This document shows, one piece after another, positions 12,965 to 26,375 of a DNA stretch of 64,000 nucleotides (its first letter is position 1; each line of letters begins with the position of its first letter). The stretch is from Mobula hypostoma (taxonomy: Eukaryota). The DNA is taken from assembly GCF_963921235.1 (NCBI RefSeq), contig NC_086108.1:100814001-100878000 (forward strand). Direction: 5' to 3'. The notes under the pieces were generated by a model. It was not told where the DNA came from and did no database searches. It was given only the letters and a program-made list of their open reading frames with translations. The translations under genes and the position numbers were made by a program.

Positions 12965-13510
12965 TCCAATTACAAAGATATGACAGCAGCTGTATTTCAT
13001 CAGGAGTTTGAGGAGAATCGGTATATCACCAAAGGCACGCATAAATTTCTACAGATATACCACGGAGAGCATTCTAATTGGTTCCATCATCATCTGCTAT
13101 GGATGGGGCACTGCACAGGATTGGAATAATCTGTAGAAAGCTGTAAACTCAGTCAGCTCCATCATGGGCACTAGGCTCCCCAGCATCAAGGATATCTTCA
13201 AAAGGCAATGCCTGACAAAGGCGGCATCCATCATTAAGGACCCCATTACCAAGGACATTGCTACTATCAAGAAGGAGGTACAGAATCCTGAAGACACATA
13301 ACTCAGCATTTTAGGTACAGCTTCTTCCCCTCTGGCATCAGAAAAGTACCACTTCCGCTGTCCATTTTTCCTCTCTTTTGCACTACTCATTTAATTTATT
13401 TTCTATACTTATTGTAATTTATAGCTTTTATTACTATGAATTGTAATGTACTGCTCTCTCAAAACAACAAATGTCACAACATATGCCAGTGATATTAAAC
13501 CAGATTCTGT
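12965..13510 (+). mobile_element. Rex1/Babar LINE 3' fragment (old)
   Basis: Motifs ggcatccatcattaaggacccc and aacagcttcttcccctc-like, with a gatattaaac...tctga tail. Similar fragments occur near 15560-16025, 20590-21180, 22790-23360 and 49930-50460. Confidence 0.7.
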
Positions 13511-13517
13511 TCTGAAT

Positions 13518-15495
13518 CAGCCTCCTGACACTCGTGAATTTCCTGCATACTGCTCATGTCTTCCACAGTGAGCACTAATGCAAAATAGTTCTTCAGTTCC
13601 TCCGCCACATGAGAGTCTGATATCCACTCTCGTCTCTCTTTTACTCCTTATATATCTGAAAAAACTTTTCGTACCCTCTTTTATATTATTGGCCAGCTTA
13701 CCTTCATATTTCATCTTTTCTCTCTTTACGGCTTTTTTAGTTGCCTTCTGTTGCTTTTTAAAAGCTTCCCAATCCTCTACCTTCACACTAATTTTTGTTA
13801 TATCATATGTCCTCTCTTTTCCTTTAATACTGTCTTTGACTTCCCTTGTCACCCATGGTTGCCTCATCCTCCTTTAGAATACTCCTTCATCTTTGGGATG
13901 TATTTATCCTGTGCCTTCCCAATCCCCCTCAAAAACTCCAGCCACTGCTGTGCTGCCATCACCCCGCTTGTCTCTCCTTCCAATCAACTTTGGCCAGCTC
14001 CTCTCTCATGGCTCTGTAATTCCCTTTACTCCACTGTAATACTGTTACATCTGCCTTTATCTCCCTCTCAAACAGCAGGATGAATTCCATCTTATTGTGA
14101 ACACCCCCCCCCCAAATGTTTCTTTTCCTTAAGCTCCCTAATCAAATCTCAATCACTGAACATCAAATTCAGAATTGCCCTTTTCCTAGCGGGCTCAACA
14201 ACAGGCTGCTCTAAAAAGCCATTTCGTAGGCATTCTACAAATTCCCTCCCTTGGGATTCAGCACATAAATGATTTTCCCAATCTACTTGTACTTTGAAAC
14301 CCCTTATGATAGTGTAACATTGCCCTTATTACATGATTTTCCTATCTCCTGTTAAAATGCATATCCCACATCCTGGCTACTGTTTGGAGGCCTGTATGTA
14401 ACTCCCATCAGGGTCTTTTCACCCTGGCAGTTTCTTAACGCTACCCACAAGGATTCTAAACCTTCCAGTCCTGTGACACATCTTTCTAAGGATTTGATTT
14501 CATTTTTTATCAACAGAGCCACCTTAACCGCCTCAGTCTACCTGCCTGTCCCTTCGATGCAATGTGTATCTTTGATGTTAACCTTTCAACTATATCTTCT
14601 TTTAACCATGACTCAGTGATGCTGAGGAAGCAATGCGATTGCAGCAGGACGTAGACAAATTGGAAGAATGGACAAAAAAGTGGCAGATGGAATAGAGTGT
14701 TAGGAAATGTATGATAATGCATCTTGGTAAAAGGAACAATAGTGCAGACTATTATCTAAATGGGGAGAAAATTCAAACATCAGAGGTACAGAGGGACTTT
14801 GGAGTTCCCATGCAATATTCCCAGAAGGTTAATTTACAGGTTGAGTCTGTGGTAAAGAAGGAAAACGCAATGTCGGCATTTACTTTAAGGTGAATAGAAT
14901 ATAAAAGCAAGGAGATAATGCTGAGGCTTTATAAGACACTAGTCAAGCTGCACTTGGAGTATTGTCAACAGTTTTAGGCCCCAGATCTCAGAAGGAATGT
15001 GTTATCATTGGGGAGAATCCAGCAGAGGCTCACAAGGATGATTGCAGGAATGAAGTGGTTAACATATGAGTAGCATTTGGCAGCTTTGGGCCTGCATTCA
15101 CTGGAATTTAGAAGAATGCGGGGTGACCTTATTGAAACCGACAGAATGTTGAAAGAACTAGGTGGATGTGGAGATTATGTTCCCTCTTGTGGGGGTATCC
15201 AGAACTAGAGGGCACAGCTTCAAATCTGACGGGCAAAATTTTATAACAGAAGTAAGGAGGAATTTTTTTAGCGAGAGAGTAGCGAATCTGTGGAACATTC
15301 TGCCACAAACAGCTGTAATGCCAAAACTGTGGGTATATTTAAAACAAAAATTGGTAGTTTCCTGATTGGTATGAAAGGTTATGGTGAGAACGCAGGTGTA
15401 TGGGGTGGAGTGAGATCTGGATCAGCCATGATGGAATGGCGGAGCAGACAATGGGCTGAATGGCCTAATTCTGCTCCTATGTATTATGGTCTTAA
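13518..15495. mobile_element. CR1 with inverted 5' portion (13518 to ~14620 minus, ~14620 to 15495 plus)
   Basis: The minus part encodes endonuclease/linker (ITESWL, PWVTREVKDSIK). The plus part encodes the post-RT C-terminus and tail. Confidence 0.7.
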
Positions 15496-16233
15496 TGCTC
15501 AAGAAGATGACCATCTAAACTAGTCCCATTTCAGAGTAAAGTTATTATCAAACTATGGTGTGGTGTGGGATCTAAGGCTCCTGTATCTCATTCCTGATGG
15601 TAGCAGCAAGAAGAGAGCATATCCTGGATGATGCAGATCCTTGATAGATGTTGCTTTTTTGTAGCAAGGCTTCTTGTAGGTGGTAGGGAGGGCTTTTCCT
15701 GTGATGGGCTGTGAATGGAAAAGCCAACAGAAAGGAGTGGATCAAAGGCATTGGTGTTTCCATATCAGCCCATGTGGCAACCAGTCAGAATTCTCTCTAC
15801 AGAAGTCTGTAAACACTTTTAGATGACATTCCAAATCTGCGCAAGCATCTAGGAAAGTAGAGGCCTACTTCGTATAGTACTTACTGTATGTGCTGGTCCC
15901 AGGACAGATCCTCTGAAATGATAACGCTGACCTTCTTCACTAATGATTCTTAATGACAACTGGGTCGTAGACCCCCAGTTTTTTTGCTCTGTTTATTAAT
16001 AATCATTTGTTTGCTTTTGCAGATGTTTGCCCCACCATTTGGGTCATGTCCCTCTTTTGGCAGGAAAAGGCACAGTTTATTTATTATAGGATAGAAAGTC
16101 CATTTAAAGGATTACTCAGTGATGCAGAAACTGTAAAATAAAACATGAGGTAAAACTCAAACCCTTTATACCTAATTTCTGAATATTATCCAGTGTAAGT
16201 ATTCCAATTCCAAATCCCTTGTGGGAGTGGACA

Positions 16234-17853
16234 TGTTAGTATGGAAGTGGTGTTGGGTAAATTGAAGGGATTGAAGGCAGATAAATCCCCAGGGCCAGAT
16301 GGTCTGCATCCCAGAGTACTTAAAGGAAATAGCCCAAGAAACAGTGGATACATTAGTGATAATTTTTCAAAAATCTTTAGATTCTGGATTAGGTCCTGAG
16401 GATTGGAGGGTGGCTAATGTAATTGCACTTTTTAAAAAAGGAGGGAGAGAGAAACCGGGGAATTATAGACCGGTAAGCCTGACATCAGTGGTGGGGAAAA
16501 TGCTAGGGTCAGTTATCAAAGATGTGATAACCGCACATTTGGAAAGCGGTGAGATCATCGGACAAAGACAGCATGGATTTGTGAAAGGAAAAGTCTGACA
16601 AATCTCATAGAATTTTTTGAGGACGTAACGAGTAGAGTGGTTAGGGAAGAACCAGTGGATGTGGCATATTTGGATTTTCAAAAGGCTTTTGACAAATCCC
16701 ACACAGGAGATTAGTGTGCAAACTTAAAGCACATGGTATTGATGCGGGTATAGAATTGGTTGGCAGACAGGAAGCAAAGAATGGGAATAAACGGGACCTT
16801 TTCAGAATGGCAGGCAGTGACTAGTGGGGTACCGCAAGGCTCAGTGCTGGGACCCCAGTTGTTTACAATATATATTAATGACTTAGACGAGGGAATTAAA
16901 TACAGCATCTCCAAGCTTGCGGATGACACCAAGCTGGGCAACAGTGTTAGCTGTGAGGAGGATGCCAAGAGGATGCAGGGTGACTTGGATAGGTTAGGTG
17001 AGTGGGCAAATTCATGGCAGATGCAATTTAACGTGGATAAATGTGAGGTTATCCACTTTGGTGGCAAGAACAGGAAAACAGATTATTATCTGAATGGTGG
17101 CCGATTAGGAAAAGGGGAGGTGCAACGAGACCTGGGTGTCATTGTACACCAGTCATTGATAGTGGGCATACAGGTACAGCAGGCGGTGAAAAAGGCGAAT
17201 GGTATGCTGGCATTTATAGCAAGAGGATTCGAGTGCAGGAGCAGGGAGGTACTACTGCAGTTGTACAAGGCCTCGGTAAGACCACACCTGGAGTACTGTG
17301 TGCAGTTTTGGTCCCCTAATTTGAGGAAAGACATTCTTGCCATAGAGGGGGTACAAAGAAGGTTCACCAGATTGATTCCTGGGATGGCAGGACTTTCATA
17401 TGATGAAAGACTGGATCGACTAAGCTTATGCTCTCTGGAATTTAGAAGATTGAGGGGGGATCTGATTGAAACATATAAAATTCTAAAGGGATTGGACAGG
17501 CTAGATGCAGGAAGATTGTTCCCGATGTTGGGGAAGTCCAGAAGGAGGGGTCACAGTTTGAGGATAAAGGGGAAGCCTTTTAGGACTGAGATGAGGAGAA
17601 ACTTCTTCACACAGAGAGTGGTGAATCTGTGGAATTCTCTGCCACAGGAAACAGTTGAGCTGAGTTCATTGGCTATATTTAAGAGGGAGTTAGATAAGGC
17701 CCTTGTGGCTAAAGGGATCGGGGGTATGGAGAGAAGGCAGGTACAGTTTTCTGAGTTGGATGATCAGCCATGATCATACTGAATGGCAGTGTAGGCTCGA
17801 AGGGCCGAATGGCCTACTCCTGCACCTATTTTCTATGTTTCTATGTTTCTATG
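16234..17853 (+). mobile_element. Relatively young 5'-truncated CR1 LINE with RT
   Basis: 337 aa ORF at 16760-17773 with [10 protein letters not shown] and LADDTK; upstream NYRPVSLTSVVGK; intact (TTTCTATG)n tail. Confidence 0.95.
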
Positions 17854-17964
17854 GACAGATCTCCAACTGAATTATATGTCTAGACGGAGAAAGGAGGCAT
17901 AGTTGTTCACTGTCTCACAAAGATTTAAACAAAATATCCAAGGTAATTCTTGTGTATTTAATAC

Positions 17965-20280
17965 AGTCATTGAGTCATAGAGAAGTACAGCACTAAAACA
18001 AGCCATTTGGTCCTTCTAGTCCATGCTAAAACCACTTAGACTGTGTTGCCTAGAAGAAACTGCAGTCTGATCAAGGACAGGGGAAGCAGACGAGCCAGTT
18101 GTCTTTGTTTCCTCCATTTTGTGGACTCTGAACAGTTTCTTGCTCTTGGATAATCTAATCAGAGCAACTGAATGTGGACACAGGAAGCTTCAGATCTGCT
18201 AAACCTGAGACCGTTCTCAAACAAATAGCCATTTGTTATTTGAAGCAGGGGACTCTGAACTGATCCTTGCTCTGGGACAATCTAATCAGGGCAATATACC
18301 TGAGACCATTCTCGGAGGAGTAGCTACTTGTTATGTAAATTGCCAGACCTGCAATTGGTAATCTTGTTAGCCTCATTTAACTGGTCTGGACCAGTCAGAG
18401 TGTAAAGACACAAATACACAAGGCTGGGGTGGGCACAGCCATGAAACAATGTTGGCTGTAACCCTGTACAATGACCAGAAAGAAGGTGACCCAGGTAGGT
18501 CAGGTGACCTTGAGCCAGTGGGGTGGAGATCCAATGGTTCAATTGATGAGGAATGGTATAAGACTCAGGAGCTCCAAATACACAGGGGTGATAACTCTCC
18601 AGCAGCCAGAGACCAACCATGGCGGATAAGGAGGACCAATGGACACGTGGAGATCGGGACCACGAGGAACGCCCGGCCAGAGTAGACTCTTTGCCCGGGT
18701 AACATCCTTTTCTCTTCATTGACTGTTCATGGACTGTCAGGGAATTCTAGTTGGGTGTACACAGACAGTTTGTAAACCCACGTGCTTTTAGTTGAAACAA
18801 TAAAAATTACTTGTCGGTAACTACAGATTCACTGTGCCTCACTGACCATTATTAGAAGGGGTGATTCTTGTAACAACTGCCTACTCCCATTGACCTGCCC
18901 TGGGATCTCAGCCTTCCATACCCCTTCTATACATGTTCCTATCCAAACTTCTCTTAAATTGATCTCGTATGCACCACTCATGCTGGCAGCTCATTCCCCA
19001 CTCTCAAGATGACCCTCTGAGTGAAGAAGTTTCCCCTCTTGTTCTCCTTAAACTTCTCACCTTTCACCCTTAACCCATAACCTCTGATTGTAGTCCCACC
19101 CAACCAATGGAAAATGCCTGCTTGCACTTACCCTGTCTATATCCCTCATAATTTTGTATACCTCTATCAAATCCCTTCTCAATTTTCCACATTCTTAAGA
19201 ATACAGTCCTAGCCTATTCAATCTTTCCTTATAACTCAGGTCCTCCAGGCCCAGCAATCCTTGTAAATTTCCTTTGTATTCTTTCAGTCTTGTTTAAATC
19301 CTTCCTTCCTGTAGGTAGGTGACTAAAACTGCACATAATACTCCAAATTAAGCCTCACCAATGTCTTATACAACTTCAACATTGATTTATGAAGACTAAT
19401 GTGCCAAAAGCTTTTTTTATGAGCTAATCTATCATTGACACCACTTTCAGTAAATTATTCACCTGTATTCCTTGATTCCTTTGTTCTACCACACTCCTGT
19501 AAGACCTACCCTGGTTGCAAAACCTCGCACTTGTCTGCATTAAATTCCATCTGCCATTTTTCAGCCCATTTTGATACAGATCTCTCTGCAAGCTATGATA
19601 ACCTGCCTCACTGTGCACTACACCCTCAAACTTGGTGTCATCCGCAAATCTGCTGATCCAGTGAACCACATTATGATCCAGATCATAGATGCAGATGACA
19701 AACAACAAAGGACCCAGCGCCGATCCCTGTGGCACACTACTTGTTAGGCCTCCCGTCAGAGAGGCAACTTCTCTGGCTTCTCCCACAAAGCCAATGTCTA
19801 ATCCAATTTACTACCTCATCCTGAATGCTGAGCCACTGAACCTTCTTGACCAGCCTACTATGTGAGACCTTGTCAAATGTTTTACTAAAGTCCATGCCAT
19901 GCCTTCATCCAATCTCCTCAAAAAACTCTGTAAGATTGGTTTGACATGAACTACCATGCAAAAAGCCATGCTGACTATCCTTAATCACTCCATGTCTATC
20001 CAAATTCTTAAACGTATATCCTGTCCCTTAGAATGCTTTCCAATAACTTGCACACAGTGAAGGACTCACCAGCCTGGTTTCTGTTTAGAGCCTTTTTAAA
20101 ACTCAGAACAACATTGACTATCTTCTAATCCTCTGGTACCTCCTGTTGCTAAGGATGATTTAAATATCTCTGCTTGGGCCCTGGCAATTTCTGCACATGC
20201 CTCCTGTAGGGTCCGAGGGAACACCTTGTCAGGCCCTGGGGATTTATTCACTCTGATTTGACTCAGGGTATAAATACATC
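17965..20280 (-). mobile_element. Old CR1 LINE, interrupted by a solo LTR
   Basis: ORF 19424-19786 with SVPQGSALGP...FADDTK; tail agtcattgagtcatag at the left end. Confidence 0.8.
18044..18875 (+). mobile_element. Solo LTR, 832 bp
   Basis: Termini TGTTG...TAACA; 4 bp TSD ACTG at 18040-18043 and 18876-18879; AATAAA near 18799; internal direct repeats. The CR1 sequence resumes on both sides. Confidence 0.85.
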
Positions 20281-21586
20281 CTCCATATTTCAGTGTATTT
20301 ATATATATATATATATAATATATGTATAATGAAGGTACATCGGTATTTCTGGACTCTCTTGCGTTCCTTTGAATTAATTTAAAGTTTTGAAGTTACAAAA
20401 CATACAGTAATATCAGATCAAGTGTGGTGTGAATGTTGCAACTGATATCATTGTTAAAATTACTTCATTATCCTAAATGAAGAATCTTAATCATTTCAGA
20501 AAAAAGAACCATTACCAATCCATTGCCTTATTGTTTAACGTCCCCTGCACACGCCAGTATTAGGCTACTGAGCTCAGCACATTATGGGATCCAGCTTCCC
20601 CTCCACGGACTCTGTCTGCACTTCGCATTTCCCCATTGAGGCAGTCAGCTCAAACAAAAGTCCCGCCCAGTCTGGACGGTCTCTCTTCTCCCTCCCTCCC
20701 ATCAGGCAGAGGATAAAAAAGCCTGAAAGCACGTACTATGAGGCTCAAGAGCAGCTTCTACTTCACCGTTTTTTTATAAATGACTATTGAATGATTCCTT
20801 AGTACAATAAGTTAGATTCTTGACCTCAAATTCTACCTTATCATGACTTTGCACCTTATTGTCTACTGCACTGCACTCTTTCTCTTCTCTCCCCTCCACT
20901 GGGCAGAAGATACCAATCCTAAATGCAGGTAACTCCAAGCTCAAGGACAGCTTCTATCCTGCTTTATGAGCAGACATCATGTTCAATAAGGTGGATTCTT
21001 GAACTCACAATCAACCTCATCACAGCCTTGAACCTTATTGTCTATCTGCCCTGTAGCTGTAATACTTTATGCTGCACTCTGTTATTGATTTACCTTTGTC
21101 CTACCTCAATGCATCGTTGTAATGAATTGATCTGTGTGCGTGGTGCGAGACAAGTTTTTCACTGTACATGCGTCAATAATTCTGGGTGCCACAGTAGCAT
21201 AGCGGTTAGCGTGACGCTATTAAAATTTGGGGCATCGGAGTATGGAGTTCAGTTCTGACGTCCTATGTAAGCAAGTTCGTATGTCAGATTCATGGAAAAG
21301 TACAGCACATGTACAGACGCTTCAGCCCACCTAGCCCGTGCTGAACCATTTAAAGTGTCTGCACCAGGACCATAGCCCTCCATACCCCTACCATCCATGT
21401 ACCTATCCAAACTCCTCATAAACATTGAAATCGATCTTGCATGCACCACATGCACCGGCAGCTCATTCCACACTCTCTCCACGCTCTGAGTGAAGAGGAT
21501 TTTCCTCATGTCCCCCTTAAACTTTTCACCTTTCACCCTTAGCCCATGAACCCTAGTTGTAGTCCCACCCAACCTCAGTGGAAAAA

Positions 21587-21660
21587 CAAGTCAAAGTTGC
21601 TGGTGAACGCAGCAGGCCAGGCAGCATCTCTAGGAAGAGGTATCTGCAGAATTCCTCGTG
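21587..21660. mobile_element. 74 bp Penelope-derived insertion with 14 bp TSD inside a CR1 tail
   Basis: TSD cctcagtggaaaaa at 21573-21586 and 21661-21674. The insert is the same subfamily as 8435-8579. Confidence 0.85.
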
Positions 21661-21894
21661 CCTCAGTGGAAAAAGCCTGCTCACATTTACCCTATCCATA
21701 CCCCTCATAATTTTGTGTGCCTCTGTTAACTCTTCTCTCAATCTTCGAGATCCCAAAGAATGAAGTCTCATGTTGTTCCTGCGTGTGCGTGAGTTCCCTT
21801 CGGGCACTCCGGTCTCCTCCCATATTCCAAAGACATACCAATTAATTAGTCATTGTAATTATTCCATGATTAGGCTAGGGTTAAATTGATGGGT

Positions 21895-22090
21895 TAGCCG
21901 GCCAGTGGCATCAGCACCAGATTTCGAAGTGAATAGTTTCAGGTTCGAATCCGGCTGGCTCCTTTCTCCCTTTCCATCCCGTGCTGGATTGAGCAAGGAG
22001 CTAGCAACTTGGCCTCATAAAAACCAGACAAATGTGAAACAAATGGCAAGGTTACAGCCCGATGTGCTACAGTGCACGGAGAGGATCAGA
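21895..22090 (+). mobile_element. tRNA-derived SINE nested in a V-SINE
   Basis: B-box GGTTCGAATCC at about 21942-21952, followed by a gagctagcaacttggcctcataaaa motif. No full cloverleaf. Confidence 0.55.
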
Positions 22091-22529
22091 AAATCAGTGG
22101 GTTGCTGGGTGAAGCGACTCCAAGGGCTGTTCTGTGGGGTATCTCTAAATAAAGCAAAATAAATTTATCAATTTACTGAGGAACTGGTGACTAGAGAAAG
22201 ATTTTCTTACTGCTTGAATGACACATGCTTGTTGAATTAATGATCATGTTGTTATCAAGAATTAACAAACGGCTTTTATTTGCAGTGTAGAATGGTTATT
22301 TTTCACTTCCATTTACCTCCAAGCATGTAGCTCTGATTAAACGTGACATACAGTATAAAATATGAGACAATCTTTATTATGTATTGTGCATCTCTTTCTA
22401 ATCCAATATGATCAGTGGTGTCAGTCTGATGTGCATCCTGGTTAACGTTTTCCATGAATATTCAGAGTCGAAGTCAGATTCCCTTTCCAAATTATATGGC
22501 AGGGATTGTTTCTGAAGCATCTCTGAGAA

Positions 22530-22782
22530 TGGTAGCGTAGTGGTTAGCTCGGGGTGTTGGAGTTCAGAGTTCACCTCCAGCACTGTCTCTAAGGAGTTTG
22601 TACGTCATTCCCATGAGCGTGTGGGTTTCCTCTGGGTGCTCCAGTTTGCTCACAGAGTCCAAAGACGTATCAGTTAGTAGGTTAATTGGTCTTTGCAAAT
22701 TATCCTGTGATTAGGCTAAGGTTAAATCGAGGGTTTTAGGCCGCCTGCCTCATTGGGCCATATCTCTAACTAAATAAATAAA
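22530..22782 (+). mobile_element. V-SINE (HE1-like)
   Basis: tagcgtagtggttagc head, V-domain gtgggtttcctctgggtgctccagtttgctc and (taaa)n tail. Related copies lie at ~12200-12400(-), 38045-38260(-), 45600-45805(-), 47832-48150(+), 48730-49020(-) and 58410-58567(+). Confidence 0.75.
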
Positions 22783-24149
22783 CAAACGTAAGTGCCAGGA
22801 TGAAAACTTAGTATTGCTCACGTTCTCATTGATGCGAGGTTGCAAGCAAAATGTTACAGCACATGTAACAGGTACACGATCAGTTTGTGCATCACCACCT
22901 GGTACAGAGGTGCCAATGCGCAGGATTGGAAAGTGTTGCAAAAGGGCTGTAGATACAGCCAGCTCTACCATTGGCACACCATCGAGGCCATCTCCAAAAG
23001 GTCATGCCTCAAGAAGATGGCATCCATCACTAAAGACCCTCACCATCTGGGCCAGGCCCTCTTCTCATTATTACCAGAGCCTGAAGACTCACACTCCACA
23101 TTTTAGGAGCAGTTTCTTCCCCTCCACCATTGAATTTCTGAACAGTCCATGAACCCATAACACCACCTCACTATTTTGATAAGATTCAGGTGAATGCATT
23201 AAATCACTATTATGCTCTTTTTTTGCACTATTTAATTTTTTTTGTATATTTCTTATTGTAACTTCTAGTAATATATTATGTATTGCTTGGTACGGATGCC
23301 ACAGAGCAACAAGTTTCACAGCACATGTCCCTGATAATAAACACAATTCTGATTTGGATTCAGACTCAGAGTAGATTATTGTCATACACACACCAGAGAG
23401 CAATGAAATTCCATGCTTGTGATAAACTGGCAGAGTAAACAGTGTACATTGTCATAATAATGCAATAAATACAGTGATGAGCACAAAACAACTGAACGGT
23501 GTAAAGCAACACATACAAAATACTGGAGGGACTCAGCAGATCAGGCAGCATCTATGGTGAGGAATAAGCATTTGATGTTTTGGGGCCCTTTTTCAGGACC
23601 AAAAAACCAGAGTGGATAATTCTATTCACCCCTACACTGAAATGATTCCACAACCTATGGACTCACTTTCCAAGGACTCTACAACTCATGTTCTCAATAG
23701 TTATTATTTATTTATTATTGTTATTATTTTGCTTTTTTATTTTTTTGTATTTGCGCATTGGTTGTTCATTAATATTTGTTATGGGCAGTTTTTCATTGAT
23801 TATATTGTGATTCTTTTTATTTACTGTGAATGCCTGCAAAAAATGAATCTCTCAGGGTTGTATATTGTGACATATATAAAGACTTTGATAATAAATTTAG
23901 CTTGAAATTTATTTTGAACTGTGATAGAAGCTTACAAAATTATGAGGCATAGACAGATTACACTGCCTGAATCTTGTTCCTAGGGTCAAATATTCATGAA
24001 TAGAGGGCATGCACTTAAGTCAGGAGGGGGGGCATTTAAAGGAGATGTGTGGGGAAGGACTTTACACAGAGAGTGGTGGGTGTTTGGAATGAGCTGCCAG
24101 GGGGGTTGGAGGCAGAACCAGGAGAAGCATTTAAGAGGCTCTTACGCAC

Positions 24150-24510
24150 ATGAATGCCTCAGTGATCTGGAGAGCTATGCTAGCTGGAGTCAGGGATTTA
24201 TGCTTTGGCTCTTGGTAGGGTTGCCCATGTCAAACAGGTCAAAGGGTAGAGGTCAGACTGAGAGTGGTCCACAGTCCTCCAGGTTCAGGGGTTCAGCTCA
24301 GGGTTAACAACCCTGACTGGTAAAACATAATTGTTATGGAAATAGCAATGAAGAATCTTTCTGCATCTGAGTGTGACGGTATTCCTGGGTATGACTGACA
24401 GCAGTGAAAGCCAAGCTGTTGACACAATGAAGGAAGCCCTGACCACCCCTAGAGATGGAGGAACTTCACGGCTGCCCTAAATGCCAGCGGTGTAAGAGGC
24501 AGTAGAGAGA
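24150..24510 (+). mobile_element. RTE-clade 5' UTR-like fragment
   Basis: The run gagagctatgc...cttggtagggttgcccatgtcaaacaggtc...gggttaacaaccctgactggtaaaac resembles fish RTE/Expander 5' ends. Confidence 0.5.
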
Positions 24511-25627
24511 GGCACATGAATATTCAGAAAATGGGGCATAAGGGATAGATAGCATTAGCTCAGCACAACATTGTGGGCCAAAGGGCCTGTTCCTGTGCTG
24601 TACTGCTCTGGTTTCTACATTCTATGTGGCCTCCCCAATGCTCTATGTAACTACCCATAACATCTCCTGCTCTGAAATCCATCACAATGGCAATAACATT
24701 CTCTTATCTTTCCTAATTGTTTGCTGTTCCCTGTGTACTAGCTTTTTGAGAATGAAACACTTGGACACCCGGCTCCCTCTGCGTCTCACAGCATTACAAT
24801 CTCTCACAGTGTAAATAACATGCTGCACTTAAGTGTGAGAAAAATCTGCCAGGGCAGGAGGTGAGGGGAAAACTGACAACAGAGATAAAAGATACGACAG
24901 ACAATGAACTGGGAGGTGCTCTCAGCTGTAAGTGTGACATTGATTCTATAGCACTTAATCTCCAGTCTGATTTCAAACGGTGTAATTCTTCTCTTGGGAT
25001 TTTGGCTGGACAGGTCTGGATTGTGAGTAACACATACAATACGGTACAGTAGTGCGAAGCTACTACAGCTTGGGGTGTCAGAGCTTGTGTCCATTTAGAA
25101 CAGAGATGAGGAGGGATTTCTTTAGTCAGAGAGTGGTGAACCTGCAGAATTTGTTGCCACAGGTGGCTATTCATTGGGTACATTTAAGGCAGAGTTTGAC
25201 AGATTCCTGGTTTGTCAGGCTTGAAGGGATATGGGGAGAAGGCAGGAGTCTGGGACTGAGAGGGAAATGGATCAGCCATGATGAAATGGCGGAGCAGACT
25301 CGATGGGTGAATGGCCTGATGCCAACTGTAAAGACTTTGCATATTCCTCCCCAGGATACATGGATTTCATTTGGATACTCTGATTTCCTCCACAGTCCAA
25401 AGATTTATTGGTGAAGAAGGGAGAAAGGCAAAAGAAAGGAAATTATAGACTAGTTAGCCTAAACTTAATAGTTGGGAAAATGTTGGAGTCCACTATTAAA
25501 GATGAGGTTTCGGGTATGGATTTCATTTGAGAACTCTGATTTTCTCCACAGTCCAAAGATTTATTGGTTAATAGGTTAGAAAGGAATAAACAGTCAATGT
25601 TTCTGGCTGAGACCCTTCGTCAAGAAA

Positions 25628-26375
25628 GCCAAAAATAACCTACCTAATCATGCCAAATAACACATAAAACCTGAAATAACAGTAACATATAGCAAAAGCA
25701 GGAATGATATGATAAATACACAGCTTATATAAAGTAGAAATACTTTTCCACAAGCATTGCCTGAACTGTTTTCCGTAGCGAAAATCTCACGCAAGCGCCG
25801 TCTGCAAAAACACCGCGCAAGCGCTGTTGGCAGAAAATCTCACGCAAGCGCTGTTGGCAAAAACACTCTCTCCAGTAACCTTTAAGATATGAAGCTGCCA
25901 AATCATACCAAATAACACGTAAAAATACACAGCCGATATAAAGTAGAAATAATATATGTACAGTGTAGTATCACTTACCGGAATTGGGAAAGCCTGGAGC
26001 ACACTGATGGTGGTGTGTTAGGCTGAGTCGTCGGAGTTTGGGTGGTGCAGTGGTCCCCACCCTCCAGGCAGCAACCCGATACCGATCCGCGAAGCATGCT
26101 GCGGTAGCCCGGAGGCACACAGCTCATTTTTAAGAAAAAAGCCGAAATAAACAAGCTAATTATTTAGGTGCCGCCTGGCACATAATTGTCGGCCCAGATC
26201 AGTGCTGATTGCCGATTGCATCGCCTCTGATCTGGGCCGACAATTACGTGTCAGGCGGCACCTAAATAATTAACATATGAAAACACCTTCTGTTAACAAA
26301 AACAGGGTACTAATGTAGGTCTTTCGTAACAGTGCGGTTTTGTAAAGCGAACGTTTGAAAAGTGGGGGACATCTG
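25628..26375. mobile_element. Tc1/mariner (Tigger-like) non-autonomous DNA transposon, one end missing
   Basis: Right end ...gaaaagtgggggacatctg followed by TA; internal short tandem repeats at 25782-25862 and a long palindrome. Confidence 0.55.

Noticed and set aside
16005..16200. Apparent acceptor tttgcttttgcag and exon
   Set aside because: The acceptor lies in an antisense Rex fragment, and there is no convincing open frame.
21895..21960. tRNA gene
   Set aside because: It has a B-box but no consistent cloverleaf, and continues into a SINE body.
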